From the IMG/VR virus record IMGVR_UViG_3300025012_000029, positions 96,001 to 160,000 of that record: DNA of 64,000 bases; one strand, 5' to 3'. Below, in pieces: positions 48,297 to 56,647 of this stretch; the stretch's first letter is position 1; every line of letters begins with the position of its first letter. A program made the position numbers and the translations under genes. Source of the stretch: a virus (lineage: Duplodnaviria; Caudoviricetes). The notes under the pieces were generated by a model, which worked only from the letters and a program-made list of their open reading frames with translations, ran no database searches and was not told the DNA's origin.

Positions 48297-48844
48297 TATT
48301 TTACTGCCTCAATATTCAAACTTACTAATTTTGCTGTTCTACTAAATGGAGGTTCTAGTGTTGCTGCAGAGTAATCATCAACAAATGCGTGCGTCGTTGA
48401 AAATCTATCGTACATGCGAACTTCTTTAAATCCAACCGATCGCAAATCTCTTTCTAAACTATTAAAATCAAAAATATGATAATGAATGTCGAAATGATTT
48501 CTTTGACCACCCAATAAAAGTCCATAAATCTTTTCTATATTTCCAAATTTTGAATAATGCTCACATATGGCAAAAAAATCAGGTACAGACAAACGAAGTA
48601 TACCGCCAGGATTTAATGCTTTAAACCAATCTTTCAAAACATCCAAATAAGTTTTTTCTTGTCCTTGAAATGGTTTGCGAGGAAAATGTTCCAACAAATG
48701 AACTGCCAATATTAATTCTACATTTTGATATTTTTCACTTATTTTTGATACATCCATAACAACATCTGGATTACAAGATGAGTCTCCATCAATATTTATA
48801 AATCCGTGAATTTGTTTTTTCCCACAACCAAGATGCAGCTTCAT
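48296..48844 (-). CDS. SAM-dependent methyltransferase (type 11-like, glycan-locus type)
   Basis: MKLHLGCG...INID, VHLLEHF and LNPGGILRLSVPDF. Confidence 0.85.
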   Translation of the reverse strand: MKLHLGCGKKQIHGFINIDGDSSCNPDVVMDVSKISEKYQNVELILAVHLLEHFPRKPFQGQEKTYLDVLKDWFKALNPGGILRLSVPDFFAICEHYSKFGNIEKIYGLLLGGQRNHFDIHYHIFDFNSLERDLRSVGFKEVRMYDRFSTTHAFVDDYSAATLEPPFSRTAKLVSLNIEAVK

Positions 48845-49638
48845 TTTAACAAATCCTCATAATTTTTTGGAATAGTTTTAAATCGTCTTGTCCAAACAGA
48901 AGGTTGTTGCGTCCAATTGTTGATGTCTATTTTTATTCTAGTTTTTAGCGCATCTGGATTGGAATATATTTTTTGAAAAAGAGGAAGGTCGTGTTCATGG
49001 TGTGCTTTTTCGATAGCGTTATGATCATTTTGACCGTGATTACATGTGGTTACATCAATAGGAGAGTCATATAATTTTCCACCATCAGCTTGAACGCGCA
49101 GCATTATATCGTGTAAATTGAAGTTTTGATATTCAAATTCACAATCATAACCGCCAAGTTCTCTAAAATATTCTATATTTATTAAATGATGAAGAGAAAT
49201 TTTTGAATCTTGAGGAATGCCAGCAAGTCGTAAATCTCCATGATACTGAGCGGTCCAATATACAATTGGCATTGAAGCACCAGAATATCCAGCACCTTCC
49301 TTATATCGCATATTAACTACGTCTTTATGTCCACAAATTGAATTATAAAAATCAATTGATTCATCAATACTGTTTTCTAGCATCAAAGCATCATCAACAA
49401 CATGATAGAGAAGCCTTCCATTACATTCAAAAGAAGCAAGCTGGGCACATCTACTTGGAGATCCTAAATCTTTTATCATATTAACATTGTTTTTTGTTTT
49501 CAAATATTCAGTTAATTCAAACGGTCCACACATTACGAGTTCCCAAGAATATTTTTTACAAGATTGAACAATGGAATCATACATACGATCCCAATTTGGT
49601 ATACGAATCGCAGGACAAAAAATACTTAAATCAATCAT
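48841..49638 (-). CDS. GT-A (GT2-like) glycosyltransferase, paralog 3
   Basis: LSIFCPAIR, GSPSRC, HVVDDA and YFRELGGYD. Confidence 0.75.
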   Translation of the reverse strand: MIDLSIFCPAIRIPNWDRMYDSIVQSCKKYSWELVMCGPFELTEYLKTKNNVNMIKDLGSPSRCAQLASFECNGRLLYHVVDDALMLENSIDESIDFYNSICGHKDVVNMRYKEGAGYSGASMPIVYWTAQYHGDLRLAGIPQDSKISLHHLINIEYFRELGGYDCEFEYQNFNLHDIMLRVQADGGKLYDSPIDVTTCNHGQNDHNAIEKAHHEHDLPLFQKIYSNPDALKTRIKIDINNWTQQPSVWTRRFKTIPKNYEDLLK

Positions 49639-50590
49639 TCATTACTTTCTCTAAAACTGTTGTCCAGAATATTTTTGAATTATATTTTTCATTATATACT
49701 TTATAACCATTTTCCGCTATTTTAACTCTCTCTGCTTCATTGTTTAAGTAATAATGAATTTTCTGAACAAAATCATTTGGATCGGTAAATTCAACATATT
49801 CAATACCGGGCACAAATAATTCTTTTGTAGCATTATTCGCACTTTCCAAAAGCATTGAATGAGATGCTAAGATTTCATACACCCGTCCCTTACATTGATG
49901 AAATGAACCAGGAGACCATGAAAAATTAACCCCTATTTTGCTCCTACGAATATAAGATGCGTATTGTTCTGGAGAAAGTTTTTCTTCTCTTTGTCCTCCT
50001 CTAATAAGAATTGGAGCATTCGATTGAACGGCATGTTTAAGGAAAATTTGTCTATCTTGGTAGCGAGGACTTCCGATAAAACTAATAGGAATATCCTGAC
50101 CTTCTTGTTTGAAATATAATTTATCGTCTTGAGGCACCCACATTTGTTGAAAGTTAGATGGTAATTGCCTAGTTCTGTGGAAATCACTGTCAGCGCGATC
50201 CCAACCAATATGTAAATCTACCAAAGATCCCAAACCAAGAATTTGTGGATATCCCCAATCAATGCCAACGTCTGGCCACATTACAACATTTTTAATTCCC
50301 ATATTTTTAATAATTTCAAACGTTGGAGGATTGGGGTTGGCAGAAGACTTTCCCAACAAAGAAAAAATACATATATCTGGCTTTATTGAAGAACACACTT
50401 TTGGAAGAATAACATCCATATGTGTTTTATGAGAAACAACAGCCTCATCTAAATGTATAATGTCAAATATAATCTCAGGCATTGAATGTTTGAGAGAGCC
50501 AAATAAATTATGGTAATTATTTGTTAAACCCATATCTGGGCGTCCGTCAACCCATTTCTCAGTACAAAAAAGCAGCTTTGGTTTATTCAT
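49631..50590 (-). CDS. GT-B glycosyltransferase (CgeB / Glyco_trans_1_2-like)
   Basis: IPISFIGS, YIRRSKIGVNFS, KGRVYEILAS, LFVPGIEYVEF and IHYYLNNEAERVKIAENG. Confidence 0.8.
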   Translation of the reverse strand: MNKPKLLFCTEKWVDGRPDMGLTNNYHNLFGSLKHSMPEIIFDIIHLDEAVVSHKTHMDVILPKVCSSIKPDICIFSLLGKSSANPNPPTFEIIKNMGIKNVVMWPDVGIDWGYPQILGLGSLVDLHIGWDRADSDFHRTRQLPSNFQQMWVPQDDKLYFKQEGQDIPISFIGSPRYQDRQIFLKHAVQSNAPILIRGGQREEKLSPEQYASYIRRSKIGVNFSWSPGSFHQCKGRVYEILASHSMLLESANNATKELFVPGIEYVEFTDPNDFVQKIHYYLNNEAERVKIAENGYKVYNEKYNSKIFWTTVLEKVMND

Positions 50591-50623
50591 CGCTTTATCC
50601 TATATTTTTAATCCTGTCATCTT

Positions 50624-50845
50624 TTATTTTATTTTATCAAACCAACTTTTAGTTTCTTGTTCATAATACTTCGCTCTATAGTCCAAATCTAATATTAAAC
50701 ATCTTTGACGAGAGTGGGATTTAATCAAATGCCCCAATGGGTCTTCTTTGATAAATTCAAACTGTTCATCATCCAAGAATGAATGCAAATAGTCTTCTAT
50801 TCTTTGTATTTCTTTATTTTTCATTATAATAGTCCCCAAATTCAA
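50624..50845 (-). CDS. Small hypothetical protein
   Basis: 73 aa; its C-terminus ILDLDYRAKYYEQETKSW is repeated in 55353..55460. Confidence 0.5.
   Translation of the reverse strand: MNLGTIIMKNKEIQRIEDYLHSFLDDEQFEFIKEDPLGHLIKSHSRQRCLILDLDYRAKYYEQETKSWFDKIK
50642..50699. repeat. 58-bp direct repeat, copy 1 (copy 2 at 55380..55437)
   Basis: 57 of 58 positions identical on direct comparison; the copies are 4738 bp apart. Confidence 0.9.
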
Positions 50846-51353
50846 CTAAAATTGTTGATTTTCCATCTGTTCTTTCATAAGCATGTTTGTAGGCAGGAAA
50901 AATATCTTTTGGTTCATTTAATTCTATAATTTCTATATTGGTAAGCATTTCTCTAAATGCTGATGAAAAATTGCCAACATGTTGCGCTTGTGGATGAAGC
51001 GGACGTTCGGAACCCACACCAACTCGGATTATGACTTTTGGAATAAATTCATCATGCGAATATTGTTTGATTTTATCCAGATGGTTGACCAGTTGATCGG
51101 AAGCACAAATCAAAAAATTCCATCGAGGAAAAATGGAAATTGGTATAGTTCCGTTGATTGCCATCCCAATTGACATTCCAAGTTGCGTGTTCTCAATAAC
51201 AGGCATTTCAAGTCGTTTAGACAATGGAACATCTTTCAATGTCGCAAACATTGCTGTTCCTTCTTTTCCTACTGATTGTCCTAGAAAGAAAGTGTCTTGC
51301 TGCTCACCGAGCCAAGTCATTGTTTTTTTCATTTCTTCAAAGTACTTACCCAT
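50814..51353 (-). CDS. Minimal ThDP-enzyme beta subunit (E1-beta/transketolase pyrimidine-binding domain only)
   Basis: FFLGQSV, EMPVIENTQLGMSIGMA, DQLVNHLDK and PQAQH; 179 aa with no C-terminal domain. Confidence 0.8.
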   Translation of the reverse strand: MGKYFEEMKKTMTWLGEQQDTFFLGQSVGKEGTAMFATLKDVPLSKRLEMPVIENTQLGMSIGMAINGTIPISIFPRWNFLICASDQLVNHLDKIKQYSHDEFIPKVIIRVGVGSERPLHPQAQHVGNFSSAFREMLTNIEIIELNEPKDIFPAYKHAYERTDGKSTILVEFGDYYNEK

Positions 51354-52155
51354 CTATTTTATCTCCCTTTCTTATGTTTTCTATTGATTCTAATGGTCGG
51401 AGGTTTTCAAGTGTCCAACATTTCAAAAAGTTTTCATGTTCCATTGAATCATAAGGCAACTTGCTTTGAGGTATTATGTGATCTATTTGCCAAGTTTGTT
51501 TAGTGAAAGAAAGTCTACCATGGTTGTCCCAGTTCATCCACGGTTCCCATAAACTTTCTATGTGTTTTACTAACTCTTCTGGCGTATAAGGTAGTTTAGA
51601 AAAAATGGGAGCATTTTTGATGCCACCTTGAGATTTGAGGGTTTTGCGAATCGAGGAAGAAATAACACGATGACATCTAAAGCATGGATCATTTTTGATG
51701 CGTTGTTTGAACTTTTTCTTTCTTAGTTCTTTTGCTTTTGGAGATTGGCGATATTGTCTATCTCGTTTCCTATCTCGTTTCAATATTTTTTCTATATTAT
51801 TTTTTCGATATTGTTTACATTTTTCCAAAATATTTTCTTTATTATATAAATAATATTGTTTTTTCTGTTCTAAAATATTTTCTTTATTATATAAATAATA
51901 TTGTTTATATTTTTCCAAAATATTTTCTTTATTATATAAATAATATTGTTTTTTCTGTTCTAAAATATTTTCTTTATTATATAAATAATATTGTTTATAT
52001 TTTTCCAAAATAGTTTCTTTGTTATTTATAAAGAATTGTTTTTTATATCGTTTATTACAATTTTTACACCATGCATGCTTATTGTCTTTATTGTTTTTAT
52101 TATTACTAAACTCACTCAACTCTTTTTCAAGACCACATTTACTACATTTCTTCAT
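51346..52155 (-). CDS. Free-standing HNH homing endonuclease with internal tandem repeats
   Basis: CSKC...CKNC N-terminus; WQIDHIIPQS...ENLRPLESIENIRKG C-terminus closely matches that of 5351..6262. Confidence 0.85.
   Translation of the reverse strand: MKKCSKCGLEKELSEFSNNKNNKDNKHAWCKNCNKRYKKQFFINNKETILEKYKQYYLYNKENILEQKKQYYLYNKENILEKYKQYYLYNKENILEQKKQYYLYNKENILEKCKQYRKNNIEKILKRDRKRDRQYRQSPKAKELRKKKFKQRIKNDPCFRCHRVISSSIRKTLKSQGGIKNAPIFSKLPYTPEELVKHIESLWEPWMNWDNHGRLSFTKQTWQIDHIIPQSKLPYDSMEHENFLKCWTLENLRPLESIENIRKGDKIDG
51821..52012. repeat. Coding tandem repeat: 45-bp units in A-B-A-B order (exact 90-bp duplication)
   Basis: 51821-51910 is identical to 51911-52000; it encodes KQYYLYNKENILE(KY/QK) four times. 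Confidence 0.95.
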
Positions 52156-52157
52156 AA

Positions 52158-52811
52158 CTAAAATTGTATCCTTTTTCCGCCCGGGCCGGCGTGAGGATAA
52201 TCCAAGCGATATTTATAATACCACAAATATTTGCTCTTGTAAAACTCATTTTCTTCTATCATTCCTTGATTTATTTCATCTGGTTCGAATGGAAGTTTGT
52301 GAGTATTCCATACCTCCCTGGTGTCAGTGCAAACACTTTTACCATTGTCGCTTATCACAAATACAATAGGCAAAAAATGATTTTTCGCATAAGTATATGC
52401 TTCATAAAACCCACCACAAGTAGCAGACATTTCTCCTGCGAAACAATAAACTTTATTATTATCACCCCTTCTTTTTATATCTAACGCTATTCCTAGCGCA
52501 ATAGGAAAAATGCCTGCTACTATGGCAGATGTAAAAACTTTATGCTCTTTATTACACAACTCGATTGACCGTCCGTCAAGAATATCTTGTTTTGCTTTTT
52601 CAGGTGGAACACCTTTCAATAGCGTTTCTGCATGAAAACGCCAAGTTCCACAAACCCAATCTTCTTCGTTTATTTCTTCAAACATCTTTATCAATATCTC
52701 AAAATTATTTGACTGAAGATGTATGGGCGCTCTAATCATTTTGTTATTGAAACATTGAGCTATGTCTTCTTCAAAAGCAATTAACTGTTCGGCTGTCATT
52801 AAGTTTTTCAT
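52158..52811 (-). CDS. Minimal ThDP-enzyme alpha subunit (E1-alpha-like)
   Basis: IRAPIHL, SAIVAGIFPIALGIA and a variant ThDP motif GEM-X26-DN; 217 aa. Confidence 0.78.
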   Translation of the reverse strand: MKNLMTAEQLIAFEEDIAQCFNNKMIRAPIHLQSNNFEILIKMFEEINEEDWVCGTWRFHAETLLKGVPPEKAKQDILDGRSIELCNKEHKVFTSAIVAGIFPIALGIALDIKRRGDNNKVYCFAGEMSATCGGFYEAYTYAKNHFLPIVFVISDNGKSVCTDTREVWNTHKLPFEPDEINQGMIEENEFYKSKYLWYYKYRLDYPHAGPGGKRIQF

Positions 52812-54350
52812 TTAATCTCCAAGCAAACGCCTTTTTAGTTTTATCTGTGTTGATGCTTTAATGTTGTCGGTGCAAACTTTCCCAAACTTCTTTTCCATCA
52901 TTTGAAGGTAAACAGAATTTGTAAAATATCTAGTCCAACAATCATCACGGGCTTGCAGAATTTCTGCTGCTGATAATGTATCAGTTGGAAGATTTTGAGT
53001 GTAATATGAATGTTGTGAATAACCAGCATACCGATCAGGCAATATAACTTTATTTTTTCTTGCTTCTAAATATAATGGACTTCCAGGAAGTGCCATTGCC
53101 GAATAGATATTCATAAACTCTGTTAGATTATTCATCATAAACTCAACAGTATTTTGGATACTTTCTTTTGTGTCTTTTGGAAGTCCAAAAATGTAGTTTG
53201 CTCCTATATTTATTCCGGCATTTCTCATCATACTAAATAAGTTATCTATTTTTACTTCTTTGAATCCTCCCTTATGAACTTCTTTACGGAGAACTTGATT
53301 TGGATTCTCAACGCCTATTCCTAACCAGTTTATTCCTGCTTTTTTCATTCTATCAAGATATTCAGGCTTGCAAGTATCAACCCTAGAATAACACCAAATA
53401 TTGAAGTCATATTTTCGCTCTATTATCAAATCACATATTTTCAGAAAGTGCTTTGGATTATAGACAAAAAGTTCATCTGCTATTTTAACATTCTTTACGC
53501 CCATTTGCGCGATAATATCAAACTGTTTAATAATGAACTCTGGATCCCAATAGCGAAAAATATTGCTATCAGCGGCTGAAATATGAAGTGCATTGTCAGT
53601 CCTATTCAGAATATTTATCATACAATAGCTACATTTATATGGGCAACCAAGAGAAGTATAAAGAGATGCAAATGGAGTTTTTATTGTGTTATTTGACCAA
53701 CTGTGCCAGCCTGAGGTTTTAAAATATTTAATATTTGGCATTAAATCCCAAGCAATTCCTGGCAAATCTCTCGCGAGAAAATCTTTTGGAACAATTCTTT
53801 CTGGTTCGTTTATTATTGATAATCCTTCTTTTGTTTTAAAACCAATACCTTTTATTTTTAGAAGATCGTGATTATCGTCAACATTGCATTTCAATAAATT
53901 ATGAAGAGCATAAACACCTTCATTCGTGCACACAATATCAACGCAACCTTCATTAAGAGTTTCCCTAGGAACGGCTGAAACATGTGGACCTACAAAAATA
54001 ATTTTTGAATTAGGATTAAGCTCTTTGACTTTTTTTGCAGTTGCAATATTTCCTTCCATTGATTGAGTAGAAGCATTAGGATTGGCACCAAAAACAACAA
54101 AGCAAATTAAACGGGAATTTCTAGAAACAATTTCTTTTGCAGAATTGTTAGTTGTTAAATGTTCTGCTTCGCAATCTAATATTTGTGAAGAAAAACCTTT
54201 ACTTTTGCAACTGTTTGCTAACATACCAGCCCAAATATTAGGCTCTATTGCGCTATGTTCATTAGCAAGTTCTTGATAATTGATTTCCAAACTATTACTG
54301 TGCACAAAAAGTATGTCTAAATTTTTACTCATCTTTGATTTTCCTTCCAT
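52812..54350 (-). CDS. Cobalamin-binding radical SAM protein (class B methylase-like)
   Basis: N-terminal B12-binding-type domain (IIFVGPHVSAVP); TSLGCPYKCSYC (CxxxCxxC), ADELF, IGVE and NYIFGLP. Start may be the second Met (54332). Confidence 0.88.
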   Translation of the reverse strand: MEGKSKMSKNLDILFVHSNSLEINYQELANEHSAIEPNIWAGMLANSCKSKGFSSQILDCEAEHLTTNNSAKEIVSRNSRLICFVVFGANPNASTQSMEGNIATAKKVKELNPNSKIIFVGPHVSAVPRETLNEGCVDIVCTNEGVYALHNLLKCNVDDNHDLLKIKGIGFKTKEGLSIINEPERIVPKDFLARDLPGIAWDLMPNIKYFKTSGWHSWSNNTIKTPFASLYTSLGCPYKCSYCMINILNRTDNALHISAADSNIFRYWDPEFIIKQFDIIAQMGVKNVKIADELFVYNPKHFLKICDLIIERKYDFNIWCYSRVDTCKPEYLDRMKKAGINWLGIGVENPNQVLRKEVHKGGFKEVKIDNLFSMMRNAGINIGANYIFGLPKDTKESIQNTVEFMMNNLTEFMNIYSAMALPGSPLYLEARKNKVILPDRYAGYSQHSYYTQNLPTDTLSAAEILQARDDCWTRYFTNSVYLQMMEKKFGKVCTDNIKASTQIKLKRRLLGD

Positions 54351-54424
54351 GTTATATTTCTTACTATTCTAGAAACTGTATTTCTAGTAGTGCTCTGTCT
54401 TCTGTTTCAGACATACATTCTTTA

Positions 54425-54470
54425 GTGAACTACCCACCCACGCCAAAGCGATGAATGGGTTTTACGGCAC
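54425..54470 (-). mobile_element. Orphan IS200/IS605-type right end (subterminal hairpin plus TTCAC); omegaRNA-3'-end-like
   Basis: Minus strand reads ACCCATTCATCGC-TTTG-GCGTGGGTGGGT-AGTTCAC: a hairpin with two G.U pairs followed by a TCAC-type end. No tnpA or tnpB ORF in the window. Confidence 0.5.
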
Positions 54471-54543
54471 ATCCTATAAAGAATTCTAAAAACTCTTGCT
54501 GCATAAAACGTCCAATATCAATAATTTTATTTAGAGAAATTTT

Positions 54544-55143
54544 TTATTCTTCGAACATTATTGCATACCACGGTGGCATTTTCGTTTTTTTATTTTTTAA
54601 AAAATATTTCCATATTGTTGCAACAGTTCTGTGTGTTCCATCAACTATTTGATATTGTCCATCTTTACGTTTCATCCAAATACATCGATGATAATCTATA
54701 CTAGGATTAAAATCAATCATCCAATTCGTGTCTAAAGAAACGCTTGGTAATGTTTTCATTCTACGATTTACTTCACGCACTGAACCTTTATCTTTCACCA
54801 CTCCTTTGATTTTGACCTTCTTATTGTTAAGAAATGCTCGTTTGTATTCTTTAGCAAGTCTATACAGTGGTACGTTATTCCACACTGATAATACATTTAC
54901 AATGTCTTTTTTTTCCAATTTTACTAGCGCGAATGATTTATTTTCAATAAAATCAAATAACCATTTACGATTTTTAGTCTCTTTTAAAAAGATTTTTCGC
55001 AATTCGTTTTCTTTATTATCAATAAAATTGGGAGATTTAATAATAGACGCAGAAAGAAATTTCTCAACATCCTGACATGCATGATCTCCCTTCAAAATAC
55101 ACCATATTGGAATATTTTGATTAATGTAATTAATGATTTCCAT
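54544..55143 (-). CDS. Hypothetical protein with a ParB/sulfiredoxin-like motif
   Basis: GQYQIVDGTHRTVA matches the ParB-N DGxHR motif. Confidence 0.5.
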   Translation of the reverse strand: MEIINYINQNIPIWCILKGDHACQDVEKFLSASIIKSPNFIDNKENELRKIFLKETKNRKWLFDFIENKSFALVKLEKKDIVNVLSVWNNVPLYRLAKEYKRAFLNNKKVKIKGVVKDKGSVREVNRRMKTLPSVSLDTNWMIDFNPSIDYHRCIWMKRKDGQYQIVDGTHRTVATIWKYFLKNKKTKMPPWYAIMFEE

Positions 55144-55342
55144 ATTCTTTTTTTAAAAAAATATCTAAAGTGTCATATCCAAGAAGTTTTGATATCTGTT
55201 CAAGCTTGATTCTTGCCTGTTCGAGATGAACAAAATCGCCACACTCTATACATTGACAATAAACATTAAACCAATAATCAGCAGCTTTATCAATAGAAAA
55301 CGGAACATCCATATCCCAACCAATATCAATAATTTCGTGCAT
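55130..55342 (-). CDS. Small hypothetical protein
   Basis: 70 aa with CQCIEC; overlaps the downstream start codon. Confidence 0.45.
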   Translation of the reverse strand: MHEIIDIGWDMDVPFSIDKAADYWFNVYCQCIECGDFVHLEQARIKLEQISKLLGYDTLDIFLKKEYGNH

Positions 55343-55352
55343 ACCTAAGACC

Positions 55353-55460
55353 CTACTCGCCTTCCATCATTCTGTCAAGCCAACTTTTTGTTTCTTGTTC
55401 ATAATACTTCGCTCTATAGTCCAAATCTAATATTAAAATGATAAGTGCTTTTTTACTCAT
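55353..55460 (-). CDS. 35-aa mini-ORF carrying the second copy of the 58-bp repeat
   Basis: Hand translation MSKKALIILILDLDYRAKYYEQETKSWLDRMMEGE*; GGAAGGA upstream of the ATG. Confidence 0.45.
   Translation of the reverse strand: MSKKALIILILDLDYRAKYYEQETKSWLDRMMEGE
55380..55437. repeat. 58-bp direct repeat, copy 2
   Basis: Matches 50642..50699 with one mismatch. Confidence 0.9.
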
Positions 55461-55480
55461 TTCATTCCTTCCAAAAATAT

Positions 55481-55879
55481 CTAACCACATGAGAAACTTT
55501 CGCCGCATCCACAACAACGAGATGCGCTTTGGTTGATAAACTTAAACCCTGATCCCATTAATCCTTCTCTATAATCTAACACAACATTTTGAAGAAATAT
55601 AAAACTTTTTGGGTCTACTAAAACAGCTTTTCTGCTTTCATCTATCGGAATAACATGGTCGCCTTCTTCTAACGTTCCATCTTCAAGAAGATAACGATAT
55701 CCCGAACAACCTCCTGCTATCACTCCAACACGAATATATTGTCCTCTCTCTTCTTTTTCTTCAAGATATTTTACAAACTCTACCTTTGCCGCTTCTGTTA
55801 TTTGCAATGGTTGTTTTTCTTCAGAATTATCCATTTTTCTTCTTTCTTCTCCACCTATTATTTTTTCACTATAGCTCAA
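55481..55879 (-). CDS. iscA: A-type Fe-S cluster carrier (IscA/HesB family)
   Basis: IRVGVIAGGCSGYRY, LDYREGLMGSGFKFIN and CCGCGESF; the start may be 55834. Confidence 0.9.
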   Translation of the reverse strand: MSYSEKIIGGEERRKMDNSEEKQPLQITEAAKVEFVKYLEEKEERGQYIRVGVIAGGCSGYRYLLEDGTLEEGDHVIPIDESRKAVLVDPKSFIFLQNVVLDYREGLMGSGFKFINQSASRCCGCGESFSCG

Positions 55880-55880
55880 A

Positions 55881-56612
55881 TTATTCTACCTCAAATACGT
55901 GAGTTATCAAACACTCCCTATCTTCACACAAAATATGAATCCTAGATTTTTCACCGGAAGAAACGATATTTCCCCAATTGTTGCCATCTAAAGTAGATGA
56001 AATAACAGTCGTAGTTGTGTCTAGGTGTTCATAAATCAATTCCAATTCTTCATAATCATGAAAATTTGGATGTTGATTCAAAACTGGATTGCTTGAATAA
56101 TCCATACAGCTTCCTAAAGGAATATTATAAAAATCCTCATCTTGATGACTTAATCCTAGCGTATGTCCTATCTCTTGACACATAACAAGTCTTCTAAGTT
56201 CAGGTGTATTGTACTGCTGCATATTAAAATAAGTGTCATTCATTTTTACAATGCCTTGCGTAATATGTTCACCGCTAATCCAAATTTGGGCAATTCCAAG
56301 CCATCCTGTTTTTCCATACTTTGAATTACAAATCAAAATAGAACCAGCAGAAATCCTACAAGATCTTCCATTAAATAGCATTACAGTTGTATCCAATACG
56401 GAAGACAAACTCCAATCGTATGAGGCTTCATTTAAATATGGATCCCACGTAGTTGATACATTATCTCGTAAATTCAAAGTGAAAGGATTTGACGTTCTTG
56501 CCCAATGATATCCATTCCAAGAATGAAGTCCGGAAATAGAATTATTATAATCCGCTTCAAAATTACAAGACGACAAAAGCACTACAAACAAAAAACTAAA
56601 AATAAATTTCAT
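55881..56612 (-). CDS. Predicted lipoprotein, matrixin-like zinc metalloprotease
   Basis: Signal peptide with lipobox LSSC; CQEIGHTLGLSH zinc motif and SCMDY Met-turn. Confidence 0.7.
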   Translation of the reverse strand: MKFIFSFLFVVLLSSCNFEADYNNSISGLHSWNGYHWARTSNPFTLNLRDNVSTTWDPYLNEASYDWSLSSVLDTTVMLFNGRSCRISAGSILICNSKYGKTGWLGIAQIWISGEHITQGIVKMNDTYFNMQQYNTPELRRLVMCQEIGHTLGLSHQDEDFYNIPLGSCMDYSSNPVLNQHPNFHDYEELELIYEHLDTTTTVISSTLDGNNWGNIVSSGEKSRIHILCEDRECLITHVFEVE

Positions 56613-56647
56613 TTTCTCTCCTATTTTTATATTTTACAGAAACCATT

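Noticed and set aside
51821-52012. Possible CRISPR array
   Set aside because: The units are directly adjacent with no unique spacers, and they keep the reading frame of the HNH gene.
52177-52192. GC-rich palindrome-like stretch (ccgcccgggccggcg)
   Set aside because: Explained by the Ala-Gly-Pro-Gly-Gly codons at the end of the alpha-subunit gene.
50814-52811. Pyruvate dehydrogenase as an auxiliary metabolic gene
   Set aside because: Both subunits are much too short, beta lacks its C-terminal domain, no E2 or E3 is nearby, and the context is sugar biosynthesis.
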